Positions 35,687-47,081 are shown, counted from the first letter of the stretch. The stretch: 64,000 bases of DNA from Sulfurimonas crateris (GCA_945883795.1 CAMCYC010000005.1:6213-70212); one strand, 5' to 3'. Numbers and translations are program-made. Notes: generated by a model from the letters alone, not told the origin.

Positions 35687-36223
35687 TTATTTCTTAGAAG
35701 TTTTACCGGCTTTACGCGCGATAAATTCTTCCACATATTTAACACCTTTACCTTTATAAGGCTCTGGTGGACGGAATGAACGAATTTCAGCAGCAACTTG
35801 ACCGAGAGTTTGTTTATCATGACTCTTTAAAGTAATAACATTTTTTTCTACAAGAGCATCAACGCCATCAGGTAATGGATAATTAATATCATGTGAAAAC
35901 CCAAGTTGAAGATTCAATATTTTACCATTTACAGCAGCACGATAACCAACACCATTAATCTCTAGTTGTCTAGAATAACCTGTTACTAAACCATGAACAA
36001 TATTTGCAGCTAACGCTCTATATGTACCCCAGAAAGCTCTATGCCCTCTAGCGTCTGATAAAGTAGCAAATGATAAAACATTTCCATCTATAGAAAATGA
36101 AACATTCCCTTGTGTATCTAAATCAACACTCTTAGCGCCTTTGCTAAACGATATAACATTTCCATTTGAACTAACACTTACATCAGAGCTAAATGCTACT
36201 GGTAATTTTCCAATTCTTGACAT
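35687..36223 (-). CDS. rplF: 50S ribosomal protein L6
   Basis: 178 aa. MSRIGKLPV start and EPYKGKGVKY near the C-terminus. Confidence 0.96.
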   Translation of the reverse strand: MSRIGKLPVAFSSDVSVSSNGNVISFSKGAKSVDLDTQGNVSFSIDGNVLSFATLSDARGHRAFWGTYRALAANIVHGLVTGYSRQLEINGVGYRAAVNGKILNLQLGFSHDINYPLPDGVDALVEKNVITLKSHDKQTLGQVAAEIRSFRPPEPYKGKGVKYVEEFIARKAGKTSKK

Positions 36224-36232
36224 GTTATCTCC

Positions 36233-36628
36233 CTACCAAATCGTACACATAACTTCACCACCAATGCCAAGCTCATAAGCTTTGTCATTTGATAGAACGC
36301 CATGTGATGTGCTAACTATAATAATTCCGTAACCATTTTTAAATCGTTTAATCTCTTCTTTACCTTTGTATACACGACGACCAGGTTTAGAGATTCTTTT
36401 CATTTCATTAATCACAGTTTTACCTGCGTCATCATACTTGAGTACAACTTTGATAGTTTTTTTAACGCCGTCTTCAACAACATTACAACTTTCAAGATAA
36501 CCTTTTTCTACTAAGATATTTGCCATAGCTTCAACACTCTTAGAGTGTACTAAAGTAGTAACACTTAATCTTCTCATACCAGCATTACGAACACGAGTTA
36601 ACGCATCCGAAACTAAATCGTTTATCAT
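36233..36628 (-). CDS. rpsH: 30S ribosomal protein S8
   Basis: 131 aa. DALTRVRNA and GGEVMCTIW signatures. Confidence 0.96.
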   Translation of the reverse strand: MINDLVSDALTRVRNAGMRRLSVTTLVHSKSVEAMANILVEKGYLESCNVVEDGVKKTIKVVLKYDDAGKTVINEMKRISKPGRRVYKGKEEIKRFKNGYGIIIVSTSHGVLSNDKAYELGIGGEVMCTIW

Positions 36629-36705
36629 AAATAAATTCCTTTTTTTGCAAATCTAAAAATATAGATTGCTAATTATTAGGAGTTTCTAATTGGATAGGCT
36701 GATGC

Positions 36706-36891
36706 CTACCAAGAAGACTTTCTAACACCTGGGATTAATCCCTCATTTGCCATTTTTCTAAAACAAATACGACAAATTCCAAAATCACGAAGTACTGAAT
36801 GTGGACGACCACAGATTTGACATCTTGTGTATCCACGCACTTTAAACTTTGGTTCTCTTGCCGCTTTTGCAATCATAGATTTCTTAGCCAT
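36706..36891 (-). CDS. rpsN: 30S ribosomal protein S14, zinc-binding type Z
   Basis: 61 aa. CQICGRPH...CRICFR zinc ribbon. Ends SSW. Confidence 0.95.
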   Translation of the reverse strand: MAKKSMIAKAAREPKFKVRGYTRCQICGRPHSVLRDFGICRICFRKMANEGLIPGVRKSSW

Positions 36892-37436
36892 TAGTTACTC
36901 CCTTTAGTAAAAGGCATACCCATTTTCTCTAAAAGAGCAAAACCAGCCTTATCAGAATCAGCAGTTGTTACAACTGTTATATTCATACCATGAATTTGTG
37001 TGATTGAATCATAACTAATCTCTGGAAAAATCAATTGTTCTTGTAAACCAAAGTTATAGTTACCACGACCATCAAATCCATTTCTTGGAACACCACGGAA
37101 ATCTTTTACACGAGGAAGTGCAATAGAAACCAAACGGTCTAAGAAGTTATACATGTTTTCACCACGAAGTGTAACACGAACACCAACTGGCATCCCTTCA
37201 CGAACTTTAAAACCTGCAACAGATTTTTTAGCTATTACAGTAGTTGCTTTTTGACCAGCAATTTTTGTAATTGTATCTTCAATGTTTTGAATAAGTTTAT
37301 TATCTTTCATAGCAAAACCAGTACCAACAGAGATAATAATTTTATCTACCTGAGGTGTTTGCATAGGATTTTTAATTCCTAAGTCAGCCTGTAATTCAGA
37401 TTTTAAACCTAAATATTTATCTTTTAAACGAGCCAT
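36891..37436 (-). CDS. rplE: 50S ribosomal protein L5
   Basis: 181 aa. [20 protein letters not shown] motif. Confidence 0.96.
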   Translation of the reverse strand: MARLKDKYLGLKSELQADLGIKNPMQTPQVDKIIISVGTGFAMKDNKLIQNIEDTITKIAGQKATTVIAKKSVAGFKVREGMPVGVRVTLRGENMYNFLDRLVSIALPRVKDFRGVPRNGFDGRGNYNFGLQEQLIFPEISYDSITQIHGMNITVVTTADSDKAGFALLEKMGMPFTKGSN

Positions 37437-37440
37437 CTAA

Positions 37441-37671
37441 TTATGCCTCCACTTTGCGTACATTTGAAGCATCTATAGGCATCTCTTTATTAACATGTCC
37501 ACCTTTAGAATTTTCTTCAGTTGGTTTGATTGCTTTTTTAGCAATTTTACAACCCTCTACGATTACCTTGTTTTTCTTAGGCATAACTGCTAAAACAGTA
37601 GCCTTAGTCCCACGGTCATCGCCAGCGATAATTTCTACAGTATCACCTTTTTTAAACTTAAACTTTGCCAT
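37441..37671 (-). CDS. rplX: 50S ribosomal protein L24
   Basis: 76 aa. KKGDTVEIIAGDDRG KOW motif. Confidence 0.93.
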   Translation of the reverse strand: MAKFKFKKGDTVEIIAGDDRGTKATVLAVMPKKNKVIVEGCKIAKKAIKPTEENSKGGHVNKEMPIDASNVRKVEA

Positions 37672-38039
37672 TAAACAACCTCCGGCGCAAGAGATACAAT
37701 TTTCATAAATCCTGCGTAACGCACTTCACGACCAATAGGTCCAAAAATACGAGTACCGATAGGCTCTCTCTTGTCATCAAGTATAACCGCTGCGTTATCA
37801 TCAAAACGGATTAAAGAGCCGTTTTCACGGTGAATCTCTTTTTTTGTTCTAACAATTACAGCTTTTACAACTTTTCCTTTTTTAACTTTACCAGTTGGAG
37901 CCGCTTTTTTTACAGAAGCGATAATAACATCGCCAACTGTAGCATAACGACGCTTTGAACCGCCAAGTACCTTAATACACATAATCTCTTTTGCACCTGT
38001 ATTGTCAGCAACATTTAAACGAGTAAAACTTTGTATCAT
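37671..38039 (-). CDS. rplN: 50S ribosomal protein L14
   Basis: 122 aa. [17 protein letters not shown] start. Confidence 0.97.
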   Translation of the reverse strand: MIQSFTRLNVADNTGAKEIMCIKVLGGSKRRYATVGDVIIASVKKAAPTGKVKKGKVVKAVIVRTKKEIHRENGSLIRFDDNAAVILDDKREPIGTRIFGPIGREVRYAGFMKIVSLAPEVV

Positions 38040-38287
38040 TACTCAGCTCCCACGACTACTGCTTTAAGTCTAAAAGATTTAGATTTAGAGAGGGGACGAC
38101 ATTCCAATGCAGTAATTTCATCACCCACTTTTAATTCATTACGCTCATCATGTACTAAGTACTTTTTGAAACGCTTTACAACTTTGTGGTAACGAGGATG
38201 CATTACACGGCGTTCAACAACGATAGAAACCGTTTTATCACCTGCAATTGTTACTACTTTACCTTGAATTTCACGCTTATGTGTCAT
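38039..38287 (-). CDS. rpsQ: 30S ribosomal protein S17
   Basis: 82 aa. [22 protein letters not shown] motif. Confidence 0.95.
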   Translation of the reverse strand: MTHKREIQGKVVTIAGDKTVSIVVERRVMHPRYHKVVKRFKKYLVHDERNELKVGDEITALECRPLSKSKSFRLKAVVVGAE

Positions 38288-38296
38288 CGCCGCCTC

Positions 38297-38485
38297 CTAG
38301 TTTGCTACTGCAGTAAGTGCAGTATTGATTCTTGCAATATCTTTTTTAGCAACACTTAATTCACTTGTGTTTGTTAATTGCATCATCTTTTGTTTCATTT
38401 TTAAAGTAAAAAGTTCAACTTTTTTTGCTTTAAGCATCGCTTGAAGTTCAGCTGAATTTTTATCTGCTAAATCAGAATATTTCAT
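38297..38485 (-). CDS. rpmC: 50S ribosomal protein L29
   Basis: 62 aa helical protein between L16 and S17. Confidence 0.9.
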   Translation of the reverse strand: MKYSDLADKNSAELQAMLKAKKVELFTLKMKQKMMQLTNTSELSVAKKDIARINTALTAVAN

Positions 38486-38897
38486 TGTTCATCTCCGCAG
38501 TGATTATTTTACATTTGAAAGGAAGTTTGTGGATAGCAAGAGTTAATGCTTCACGAGCAAGCTCTTCTGGAACACCAGCCATTTCAAAAATTATACGACC
38601 TGGTTTAATATTCATAACCCATTGGTCAACAGAACCTTTACCCTTACCCATACGAGTTTCAAGAGGTTTTGCAGTTAATGGTTTAGCTGGGAATACACGA
38701 ATCCAAATCTTTCCAGCTCTTTTAATGTGACGAGTTGCAGAGATACGAGCCGATTCTATTTGACGAGAATTAATACGACCAGCTTCCACAGCTTTAAAAG
38801 CGATGTCACCAAAAGCTAACTTGTAGCCACTACGAGCATAACCACGGTTACGCCCTTTCATAACTTTACGAAATTTCGTTCTTTTTGGCATCAACAT
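38472..38897 (-). CDS. rplP: 50S ribosomal protein L16
   Basis: 141 aa. [11 protein letters not shown] start and RMGKGKG motif. Confidence 0.97.
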   Translation of the reverse strand: MLMPKRTKFRKVMKGRNRGYARSGYKLAFGDIAFKAVEAGRINSRQIESARISATRHIKRAGKIWIRVFPAKPLTAKPLETRMGKGKGSVDQWVMNIKPGRIIFEMAGVPEELAREALTLAIHKLPFKCKIITAEMNNEIF

Positions 38898-38899
38898 GA

Positions 38900-39622
38900 T
38901 TATTCAGCCTTTTCGCTATCGCGTCTTGGAGCACGCTTAGGACGACGAGTAGTCTCTTTTTGTTGCTCTTCTTTTACTTCTGCTGGAATACCTTTAGTAA
39001 GTACTTCACCTTTGAATATCCACACTTTAACACCTATACAACCATAAGTTGTATGTGCTTCAGCAAAACCATAATCAATTTTTGCACGGAATGTATGTAA
39101 AGGTACACGACCCTCTAAATACCACTCAGTACGAGCCATTTCAGCACCACCTAAACGACCAGATACTGAAACTTTGATACCTTTAGCACCAGAGCGTTGT
39201 GCGCCTTGCATAACTTTTTTCATAGCACGACGGAAAGCAACACGGCGTTCAAGTTGCGTTGCTACATTTTCAGCTACAAGTTGTGCAGAAATTTGTGCTT
39301 TTTTCTCTTCTTTGATATTGATTGAAATTGGTTTGCCAACTAAAGATTGAAGAGCACTTTTAAGCTTTTCAATATCTGAGCCTTTTTTACCAATAATAAT
39401 ACCAGGACGAGCAGCAACAACTGTTACTCGCAATTTTTTAACAGTTCTTTCTATAATGATATTAGCAACACCAGCATAGTAAAGTTCTTTTTTTAAATAT
39501 GTACGAATCTTATGATCTTCACCTAAATCTGCTGCTGCAGTTTTAAAGTTAGGAAACCAACGACTCTCCCAGTTACGATTGATACCAAGGCGTAAACCAA
39601 TAGGATTAACTTTGTGACCCAT
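38900..39622 (-). CDS. rpsC: 30S ribosomal protein S3
   Basis: 240 aa. [14 protein letters not shown] start, KH domain and a basic C-terminal tail. Confidence 0.97.
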   Translation of the reverse strand: MGHKVNPIGLRLGINRNWESRWFPNFKTAAADLGEDHKIRTYLKKELYYAGVANIIIERTVKKLRVTVVAARPGIIIGKKGSDIEKLKSALQSLVGKPISINIKEEKKAQISAQLVAENVATQLERRVAFRRAMKKVMQGAQRSGAKGIKVSVSGRLGGAEMARTEWYLEGRVPLHTFRAKIDYGFAEAHTTYGCIGVKVWIFKGEVLTKGIPAEVKEEQQKETTRRPKRAPRRDSEKAE

Positions 39623-39623
39623 A

Positions 39624-39941
39624 TTATTTACCCTCTACTTCTACTAATATATGTGCTGTTGGTTTTCTAATACCTGATGCCATACCACGAGCTCGTGGAC
39701 GAAAACGCTTCAATACTGGACCATTGTCAACACGACATGATGTGATAATACAATCTTCTGCTTCATTACCACTATTAGCAACTGCAGATGCAACCACTTT
39801 AGCGATAATTTTTGCTGCCTTATTTGGAGTAAATTCTAAAGCTGCTAATGCTTTTTCAGCATTCATACCTTGAATTTCTCTAGCAATAAGACGAGATTTC
39901 ATAGGTGAAACACGGATAAATTTTAATAATGCTCTAGCCAT
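39624..39941 (-). CDS. rplV: 50S ribosomal protein L22
   Basis: 105 aa. [15 protein letters not shown] and [10 protein letters not shown] motifs. Confidence 0.95.
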   Translation of the reverse strand: MARALLKFIRVSPMKSRLIAREIQGMNAEKALAALEFTPNKAAKIIAKVVASAVANSGNEAEDCIITSCRVDNGPVLKRFRPRARGMASGIRKPTAHILVEVEGK

Positions 39942-39944
39942 TGC

Positions 39945-40223
39945 TTAACCTACCTTTTTCTGTACAGAACCTTTATGGCCCTTAAATGTACGAGTTGGTG
40001 CGAATTCACCTAATTTATAACCAACATGGTTCTCTGAAACATGCACAGGAACAAATTGACGACCATTATGAACATTAAAAGTAAAACCAATCATATCAGG
40101 TAGAACTGTACTTCTACGAGACCATGTTTTTATTGGTTTTTTATCACCAGCTGCTTTAGCGGTAACAATTTTTTTCATTAAATGATCATCAACAAATGGA
40201 CCTTTTTTTACTGAACGAGCCAT
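39945..40223 (-). CDS. rpsS: 30S ribosomal protein S19
   Basis: 92 aa. [12 protein letters not shown] start and GHKLGEF-like [15 protein letters not shown]. Confidence 0.97.
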   Translation of the reverse strand: MARSVKKGPFVDDHLMKKIVTAKAAGDKKPIKTWSRRSTVLPDMIGFTFNVHNGRQFVPVHVSENHVGYKLGEFAPTRTFKGHKGSVQKKVG

Positions 40224-40225
40224 TG

Positions 40226-41071
40226 TTAACCTACCCTTTTTGAATTTGGTTTACGGCGAGTAATAATAAGTTTATCACTAGCTTTCTTAGTACGAGTTTT
40301 AGCACCTTTAGTTGGTTTACCCCAAGGAGTAACCGGATGACGACCTGGACCAGTTTTACCTTCACCACCACCATGCGGGTGATCAACTGGATTCATGGCA
40401 GAACCACGAGTTTGAGGACGAATACCCATATAACGAGAACGACCAGCTTTTGCGATAACAATATTAATATATTCTTCGTTACCAACAGTTCCAATAGTAG
40501 CTAAACACTCACCTAATACTAAACGCATTTCAGACGAAGGCATACGAAGTGAAACATATTTACCATCACGACCCATAATTTGAGCAGAAGTTCCAGCAGC
40601 ACGAACCATTTGTCCGCCCTTGCCAACTTTTAACTCAATATTATGAATCACTGTACCTACAGGGATACTCATAAGTTTCATAGCATTTCCTGGTTTAACA
40701 TCTAGACCAGATTCAGCAGAAGAAATTTTATCACCTACATTCAAACCTTTTGGTTGAAGTATATATCTTTTTTCACCATCTGCATAGTTAATAAGTGCGA
40801 TACGGCAGTTACGGTATGGATCATACTCGATAGTAGCAACTATACCTTCGATACCAAATTTATCTCTTTTAAAATCGATAATACGGTAAAGTTTTTTAGC
40901 ACCCGCTTCTTTATGACGAGAAGTGATACGACCATTATTATTACGACCCGCTTTAGCAGAAATTCTTACCAATAATGAACGAACACTAGCCTTAGCTGTA
41001 ATATCACTATTATCAACATTTGTGTAAAAACGACGACTCGGTGTTGTTGGTTTATAAGTTTTCATTGCCAT
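40226..41071 (-). CDS. rplB: 50S ribosomal protein L2
   Basis: 281 aa. [18 protein letters not shown] motif. Confidence 0.97.
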   Translation of the reverse strand: MAMKTYKPTTPSRRFYTNVDNSDITAKASVRSLLVRISAKAGRNNNGRITSRHKEAGAKKLYRIIDFKRDKFGIEGIVATIEYDPYRNCRIALINYADGEKRYILQPKGLNVGDKISSAESGLDVKPGNAMKLMSIPVGTVIHNIELKVGKGGQMVRAAGTSAQIMGRDGKYVSLRMPSSEMRLVLGECLATIGTVGNEEYINIVIAKAGRSRYMGIRPQTRGSAMNPVDHPHGGGEGKTGPGRHPVTPWGKPTKGAKTRTKKASDKLIITRRKPNSKRVG

Positions 41072-41072
41072 A

Positions 41073-41354
41073 TTAAACCGCCAAACTTTCTATTTGTGCG
41101 CCTTCAGGTAATTTAACATAAAACTTTTTAAAGTTATTTTGTTTACCCGCCACACCACGGAATTTTTTTACTTTTCCGTTTTGATTCAATGAGTTAATGT
41201 TTGTCGGAACAATTCCAAAATACTCACGAAAGACCTCTTTAAGACCCATTTTTGTCATACGAGGAGATGTTTGAACAACTATCACACCATCTTCTTGCAT
41301 ACCTAGAGTCTTCTCTGTATATAATATAGATTTAATATCTGTAATATCTGCCAT
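41073..41354 (-). CDS. rplW: 50S ribosomal protein L23
   Basis: 93 aa, located between L4 and L2. Confidence 0.92.
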   Translation of the reverse strand: MADITDIKSILYTEKTLGMQEDGVIVVQTSPRMTKMGLKEVFREYFGIVPTNINSLNQNGKVKKFRGVAGKQNNFKKFYVKLPEGAQIESLAV

Positions 41355-41968
41355 TACTTAGCCTCGCTTGTCAGAGTTTCCCATACCGCTTTTTCGATCA
41401 CAACTGAACGATAATTTGCAGCTAAGAAAGCATTTAACTCATTTGATTCAATTACATATGAAGCAGCAATATTCTCAAATGCCAAATATGTTTGTTCATC
41501 TAAAATAGATTTTACTATCAATACATCTCTTTGATTAAGTTGTTTGAATATTGCATTTGCATCTCTTGTTTTACCAGATGTAACTTCAATACTATCAACA
41601 ATAAAAAGCGTACCATTTTGAGCATGTTCATTTAAAGCAAAATGTAAAGCAAGTTTTTTTTGCTTTTTATTTACTTTTAAATCGTAATTACGGTTATTAT
41701 TAGGACCGAATGCTTTACCACCACCAACAAATGTTGGAGCACGCTTGGAACCAGCACGACCACGACCTCCACCTTTTTGAGCCCATGGCTTTTTACCACC
41801 ACCTCTTACTTCTGCACGAGTTAAAGCTGTTGCACTATTTGCTCTTTGAGCTGCTTGTGCTGATTTAACATAGAGGTATAAGTTATGAGGATTAATTCCA
41901 GCAAAACTCTCTGGTAATGCTAACTCAGAAGCTTTTTCCATTTTTTCATTTAGAATAATTGCATTCAT
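41354..41968 (-). CDS. rplD: 50S ribosomal protein L4
   Basis: 204 aa. [20 protein letters not shown] motif. Confidence 0.96.
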   Translation of the reverse strand: MNAIILNEKMEKASELALPESFAGINPHNLYLYVKSAQAAQRANSATALTRAEVRGGGKKPWAQKGGGRGRAGSKRAPTFVGGGKAFGPNNNRNYDLKVNKKQKKLALHFALNEHAQNGTLFIVDSIEVTSGKTRDANAIFKQLNQRDVLIVKSILDEQTYLAFENIAASYVIESNELNAFLAANYRSVVIEKAVWETLTSEAK

Positions 41969-42543
41969 TATTTAGCTACCTTTATACGACCTAAAGCACC
42001 GTTAGCTCCAGAAACTGAACCAATAACCACAAGGATTCTATTGTCAGCATCATAAGATACGATCTTGTTTTTAACACTTATTTGTGTATTTCCATATTGT
42101 CCAGGCATTTTCTTGCCCTTCATAACACGACCTGGCCACTCTTTTTGACCGATTGAACCTGTTCTACGACCCATTCTATGACCATGTTCAGCAGGACCAC
42201 CACCAAAGTTCCATCGTACCATCGCACCAGTAAAACCACGACCTTTTGTGTTAAAAGAACTTTGTACTACATTAGCATTTGCTAATGGAGATAAATCTAT
42301 ATCACCAGCTTCAACATTTGCTACTTCTATTGTAGTAAAACGGTTAAACTCAGATGGAAGGCTGTATTTTTTTTGTTGCCCTTCAATTGGTTTATTTACT
42401 TTTTTACCATTGGAGTACGCTACAATCGCTGTACCTTCATTTACTTCACACACCTTAGCATCAAGAACTCTTAAAAGAGTAACAGGCTTACTAGGAACTG
42501 TAATCGTACGGCTCATGCCGATTTTTTCAACAATATATTCCAC
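41968..42543 (-). CDS. rplC: 50S ribosomal protein L3
   Basis: 191 aa. [14 protein letters not shown] and [15 protein letters not shown] motifs. Confidence 0.96.
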   Translation of the reverse strand: MEYIVEKIGMSRTITVPSKPVTLLRVLDAKVCEVNEGTAIVAYSNGKKVNKPIEGQQKKYSLPSEFNRFTTIEVANVEAGDIDLSPLANANVVQSSFNTKGRGFTGAMVRWNFGGGPAEHGHRMGRRTGSIGQKEWPGRVMKGKKMPGQYGNTQISVKNKIVSYDADNRILVVIGSVSGANGALGRIKVAK

Positions 42544-42552
42544 GATAGCCTC

Positions 42553-42864
42553 CTACTTATCCATAGAGCGAACTTCAACATCCACTTCCGGTGCAAGATC
42601 AAGTTTCATTAGAGAATCTACAGTTTCTGGCGTAGCAGAAACAATGTCTATAACTCTAGCGTGCATACGGATTTCAAATTGCTCACGAGATTTTTTGTTA
42701 ACGTGAACTGATTTTAAAACTGTATATTTACGAATCTTTGTTGGCAAAGGTATCGGACCACGAATTGCAGCACCTGTACGCTTTACAGCCTCAACTATTG
42801 ATGCAACAGATCTATCGAGTACACGATGATCATAAGCTTTCAATTTTAAACGAATTTTTTCCAT
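42553..42864 (-). CDS. rpsJ: 30S ribosomal protein S10
   Basis: 103 aa. [14 protein letters not shown] and GPIPLPT motifs. First gene of the cluster. Confidence 0.97.
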   Translation of the reverse strand: MEKIRLKLKAYDHRVLDRSVASIVEAVKRTGAAIRGPIPLPTKIRKYTVLKSVHVNKKSREQFEIRMHARVIDIVSATPETVDSLMKLDLAPEVDVEVRSMDK

Positions 42865-42919
42865 GTTTTTCCTTCTAAAGAACTCGTCAGGTCAAGCCTA
42901 ACTATATTAAGGGAGTGGA

Positions 42920-42948
42920 ATTATAGCAAAACAAACTTTGAAATTCAA
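42920..42948 (-). promoter_or_regulatory. sigma70-type promoter of the S10 operon
   Basis: On the minus strand, TTGAAT (42948..42943), a 17-nt spacer, then TGC-TATAAT (-10 at 42925..42920). The -10 lies about 55 nt upstream of the rpsJ ATG. Confidence 0.55.
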
Positions 42949-43041
42949 GTTTTTTGGGCGTTAAAAATGAAATTGTTCTTAATTTATTTCCTTTTAATAA
43001 GGAACATATATAATTGCAATATTCATTTATGAGGATATGAG

Positions 43042-44106
43042 ATGGAATCATTACTTGAAGAACTTTATAAAACGGATTTACATGTCGAAAAGTATCATCA
43101 AAGGAAAGCTTTTTTAGAGGAAAAGAGTTATCAAATCAATGGTATAACCCACAGTGGAAAAACAAAACTTGTGAAGAACTATCTCCTCTCACTCAAAAAA
43201 AACTCTTATTTATATATTGATTGTCATGACATTAGAATTGATATTATTGATTTGAATCGAACACTTATGGATTTTTGTTCTAAAAATACAATTGATGTAA
43301 TTGTACTTGATAATTATATTGAATCAATCAACTTGTTTACCATATCGCAATTGATTATTTGTTCACAAAAACATTATGAAATTGATTTTTTGGAATCTAT
43401 TTGGCTCTATCCTTTAGATTATGAAGAATTTTTAGCGTATGAGCATAAATACGATTCGAGTGCTTTGAACCATTTTTTTAAACTTGGGGGATTTCCATCG
43501 ATACATAAAGTGAATGCGGATGAGAGAACTTTATTTATTCAAAAAATTCTTCAATATACACTCACTGAAATAGAATTTGATATTTTATGTTTTTGTGCAA
43601 AAATGATGTCACAAAAAGTTTCACCTTATACAATCTATGAGCGACTCAAATTAACTAAAAAAATTTCAAAAGACAAACTCTATAAATTGTATGAAGAGTT
43701 ACTTTTAAAAAGATATATTCATGAAGTACAAAAGATAAACAAACCAAAAGCAATAAAAAAAGTTTACCTTTGCGATATATCTTTAAAATCCGCACTCACA
43801 ATTGATAAACATTTTGGAAGACTCTTTGAAAACATGGTATATTTAGAGTTATTAAAATCAAATATAGAGTGTTTTTATGATGATGGTATTGATTTTTATA
43901 TCCCTTCTAAAGATGAACTTATCATGTGTATCCCATTTGCAGATGATAGAGCACTTTTTAAAAAAATAGAACAAATTGAATTCTTTATATTTACACAACA
44001 AATTAAAAAAGTTACAATAATTACCATGAATCGTGAAGGAAATATATCTCATCCTTTTTCAAAAGTTGAGATGATTCCTTTTGATATCTGGGCTTTAGGA
44101 GATTGA
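43042..44106 (+). CDS. AAA-like ATP-binding protein, shorter divergent relative of the COG1373-type ATPases (paralog 3)
   Basis: 354 aa. Walker A GITHSGKT, Walker B-like VIVLDN. The C-terminal end IPFDIWALGD echoes IPLWLFGFLY of the other two. Confidence 0.6.
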   Translation: MESLLEELYKTDLHVEKYHQRKAFLEEKSYQINGITHSGKTKLVKNYLLSLKKNSYLYIDCHDIRIDIIDLNRTLMDFCSKNTIDVIVLDNYIESINLFTISQLIICSQKHYEIDFLESIWLYPLDYEEFLAYEHKYDSSALNHFFKLGGFPSIHKVNADERTLFIQKILQYTLTEIEFDILCFCAKMMSQKVSPYTIYERLKLTKKISKDKLYKLYEELLLKRYIHEVQKINKPKAIKKVYLCDISLKSALTIDKHFGRLFENMVYLELLKSNIECFYDDGIDFYIPSKDELIMCIPFADDRALFKKIEQIEFFIFTQQIKKVTIITMNREGNISHPFSKVEMIPFDIWALGD

Positions 44107-44107
44107 A

Positions 44108-44659
44108 ATGGATAAACTTTGCGGTATAGATGAAGCTGGTCGTGGACCTATTGCAGGGGATTTGGTGATGGCTGGATGTATTTTGCATTCGCATGTAGAT
44201 GGAGTTGATGATTCTAAAAAACTAAGTGAGAAAAAGAGAGAATTACTCTATCAAAAAATAATAAAAAACGCTACATATCATATTGTGAAATTTTCTCCAA
44301 AACAAATTGATGAGCAGGGTATTTCAAAATGTTTGGCAGATGGACTCAAACAGATTATGAAAAACCTTCCATGTGAAAGTTATTTATTTGATGGAAATAC
44401 ATCGTTTGGTGTCAAAGGTTTGCAAACCATGATAAAAGCTGATGGCAAAATTCCCCAAGTAAGTGCGGCCTCAATTTTGGCAAAAGTCACACATGATAGA
44501 GATATTTTGATAGAAGCAAAAAAATATCCAGAGTATCAGTTTGAAAAGCATAAAGGGTATGGTACAGCTTTACATGTGGAGATGATTAAAAAATATGGTT
44601 ATTCTCAAATTCACAGAAAAAGTTATAAGCTCAAAGCACTTGAGCCTACACTGTTTTAA
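44108..44659 (+). CDS. rnhB: ribonuclease HII
   Basis: 183 aa. CGIDEAGRGPIAGDLV, DDSKKLS and KADGK..VSAASILAK motifs. Confidence 0.93.
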   Translation: MDKLCGIDEAGRGPIAGDLVMAGCILHSHVDGVDDSKKLSEKKRELLYQKIIKNATYHIVKFSPKQIDEQGISKCLADGLKQIMKNLPCESYLFDGNTSFGVKGLQTMIKADGKIPQVSAASILAKVTHDRDILIEAKKYPEYQFEKHKGYGTALHVEMIKKYGYSQIHRKSYKLKALEPTLF

Positions 44660-45342
44660 AAAACTATCTTTCCATCTTCTTGTAAACCTTGAATTATCTC
44701 TTTTGCTTTTACATGTCCTTTGTAAGCAGCTTTTCTGCAATAATCAAGTGCCGTGTCGTTATTGAGTTCACACCCAATCCCTTGGTCATATAAAAGCCCT
44801 AAATTATAAAGCCCTTCAGGTAAACCAGCTTGTGCAGCACGAGAAAAGCAGATAAAACACTTAGCATCATTTTGAATAACGCCATGCCCCTCTTTATAGA
44901 GCGTACCAAGATTATTAACACTCTCTGCATGACCTCGTTTAGCTCCCTCTTCGTACCAAAAAGCAGCTTCTGAATAGTTTTGTAAACATCCAAGACCTCG
45001 TTCAAACATGAGTGCTACTTCATACATGGCGGGGACAACCTCTCTTGTAGCAGCTTCTAGGTGGAGTTCATGTGCCTTAAACTGATTATGTGCTACACCA
45101 CCAATCCCATTTTCATATAAAATTGCTAGGTTAAAAAGAGCATAAGGTTGTTTTGCTTCTGCGGCTTTTGTGTAGAGTTCAAGTGCTTTTAGCTCATTTT
45201 GCTCGCATCCTTGTGCTTTTTGGTACATGTAAGCCAAAGAAGTTTGTGCATCTGCATTCTCGAAATCCAAAAGTTTTGTGTAAAGCTCAAATGCTTTTTT
45301 AAAATCACCTGCATTATAAGCGTTATGTGCTTCTTGTATCAT
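44656..45342 (-). CDS. Sel1-like repeat (SLR) protein, Hcp-like
   Basis: 228 aa. About six repeats of the form A...Y.KAA..G...A..NLG.LY..G.GV..N. No obvious signal peptide. Confidence 0.75.
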   Translation of the reverse strand: MIQEAHNAYNAGDFKKAFELYTKLLDFENADAQTSLAYMYQKAQGCEQNELKALELYTKAAEAKQPYALFNLAILYENGIGGVAHNQFKAHELHLEAATREVVPAMYEVALMFERGLGCLQNYSEAAFWYEEGAKRGHAESVNNLGTLYKEGHGVIQNDAKCFICFSRAAQAGLPEGLYNLGLLYDQGIGCELNNDTALDYCRKAAYKGHVKAKEIIQGLQEDGKIVF

Positions 45343-45557
45343 TTTACCTCATTTTCTGTTCTTATTGGTTGTCTATAAGTTGTTTTGTTATGTTTTTTTG
45401 CAGCTTTTGCTTTTCGGATTTTTTCTAATAAATCCTCTTTTGTGTCGAGATGATTTTCTCTAATTTTATATTCATCACTCCCATCTACTTCTTCATCATA
45501 TTTCAAAATTTCAGGTACATAATCTTTAAATAATTCTTTTACATTTTTCTCATTCAT
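45339..45557 (-). CDS. small charged hypothetical protein (72 aa)
   Basis: ATGA overlap with the SLR gene downstream, and 30 nt after the kinase gene. Function unknown. Confidence 0.45.
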   Translation of the reverse strand: MNEKNVKELFKDYVPEILKYDEEVDGSDEYKIRENHLDTKEDLLEKIRKAKAAKKHNKTTYRQPIRTENEVK

Positions 45558-45587
45558 TTTATACTCTTTCTTTGGATTATAGCAATT

Positions 45588-46430
45588 TTAAATAAAGATT
45601 GTAAAGCAACTCCCTTTTTTTAGTTCGCTTTTTAACTCAATTGTACCACCATGAAGATGCACGATTTTTTGTGTGATATAGAGTCCCAAACCAGTTCCAT
45701 CCACTTTTGCTTGATATTGATTATTCAGTTGTGTAAAAGGTTTAAATAGTTTTTCCTGCTCTTCATGAGCGATTCCAATACCATTATCACATATTTGTAT
45801 AAAAACTTGACCATCTTCTTTTTTGGACACAATAGAAATAGTTCCGTTTTGATGGCTAAATTTCACAGCATTAGAAAGCAAATTTACAATCGCTTGATTG
45901 AGCAATTGTTTATCGACTAATATGCAGTTTTCTTCAATACTTATGTTGAGTTTTATATTTTTATTATGGGCTTGAGGCTCAATTAAAACAACTATTTCTC
46001 GAAGAAAATTATTAAGATTAATATCTTGCTTATTTAATTGGATTTGGTCTGATTCTATTTTAGAAAAATTTAATATGCTATTTATAAGTCTTAAAAGATT
46101 GTTTCCAGAGATATTAATTTTTTCAATATAGGGTTTAATTTTTTCAGAAACATCTGCTTGTTTAAAAAGAATTTGTGAAAAACCTATAATTGAATTTAGA
46201 GGAGTTCGCAGTTCATGACTCATAGTGGACAAAAAGGCATCTTTAGCTTTTTGTGCAACATGCGCTTCTTTGAGTGCAAGTTCTAATTCTTGAGTACGCT
46301 CTTTGACTTTTTGTTCCAAAGATTGGTTTGCTTCATAAAGTTCTAAGCTTTTTTGTTCTAGGAGAGTCTCTGCTTCTTTTCTCGAAGCTCTTTCTCTCTC
46401 AAACCTTTTTATCCATGGATTATTTTCCAT
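45588..46430 (-). CDS. soluble histidine kinase (coiled coil, HisKA, HATPase_c), partner of the H-NOX gene
   Basis: 280 aa. H-box MSHELRTPLNSIIGF, N box LLSNAVKF, G boxes DNGIGI and GTGLGL. 1-nt overlap with the H-NOX gene. Confidence 0.88.
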   Translation of the reverse strand: MENNPWIKRFERERASRKEAETLLEQKSLELYEANQSLEQKVKERTQELELALKEAHVAQKAKDAFLSTMSHELRTPLNSIIGFSQILFKQADVSEKIKPYIEKINISGNNLLRLINSILNFSKIESDQIQLNKQDINLNNFLREIVVLIEPQAHNKNIKLNISIEENCILVDKQLLNQAIVNLLSNAVKFSHQNGTISIVSKKEDGQVFIQICDNGIGIAHEEQEKLFKPFTQLNNQYQAKVDGTGLGLYITQKIVHLHGGTIELKSELKKGSCFTIFI

Positions 46431-46951
46431 TAGCTTTTGATAATCTCTAAAAGTATTGGATTGCTGTCTTCTTGAATATTTACAACTATATTTTCATTAT
46501 AATATTGTGCTACACCTAAAATTAAACCTTTTGCTAAATGTTGTAAAGATTTATTAGACATATACTCCATAATAAGTTTATTCTCTGTTTGAGTAACAAC
46601 TCTAAATGAGGGTAAATCAGCATCAGGGTAGAGTTTTCGCACTTCAGGATGGATAATATTATCTACATGTGAAACAATATCAAAAACGGATGAAAATTTA
46701 TTGATATTTGGATATAAACTTGCGAGTTTACCGAAGAGATACTCCCCGTATTTTTCTAATACTTCAACCAATTCAACTTTTTGTTTTTCACAAAGTGCAA
46801 CAACCAAAGTCACCATCTCTTCAAAAGGATAATTCCCCGCTTGTGTGTAAACACCACTGAGCCCAGAATCCTCAATCATTCCATCAACTGCATCAAACCC
46901 ATATCTATTTTCTACAAACTCGACAAACTCTGTAAAAACCATACCTTTCAT
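46430..46951 (-). CDS. heme NO/O2-binding (H-NOX) sensor protein
   Basis: 173 aa. MKGMVFTEFVEFV start. The proximal-His region DNIIHPEVRKLYPDADLPSF aligns with the H-NOX pattern H......YP....P.F. Y-x-S-x-K (YMSNK) sits at the YxSxR position. Confidence 0.75.
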   Translation of the reverse strand: MKGMVFTEFVEFVENRYGFDAVDGMIEDSGLSGVYTQAGNYPFEEMVTLVVALCEKQKVELVEVLEKYGEYLFGKLASLYPNINKFSSVFDIVSHVDNIIHPEVRKLYPDADLPSFRVVTQTENKLIMEYMSNKSLQHLAKGLILGVAQYYNENIVVNIQEDSNPILLEIIKS

Positions 46952-47081
46952 CTTCCGCCCTTTTGAAAGCCCTAAATAACTGCTTTTCTATAATTGTATC
47001 TAAACAATTATTGATTTATTTCTAACTATAAGTTGAATTTGTATTCCTTCTTGTATTTTAAAGCTGGATGAAACTTGGATT

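Noticed and set aside
32546-42706. Antisense or alternate-frame ORFs lie inside map, secY and the ribosomal protein genes (for example 32546..32744, 32843..33070, 33924..34112, 34586..34951, 37454..37708, 38485..38730, 40754..40975, 42248..42706).
   Set aside because: The opposite-strand genes are unambiguous universal proteins. These are shadow ORFs.
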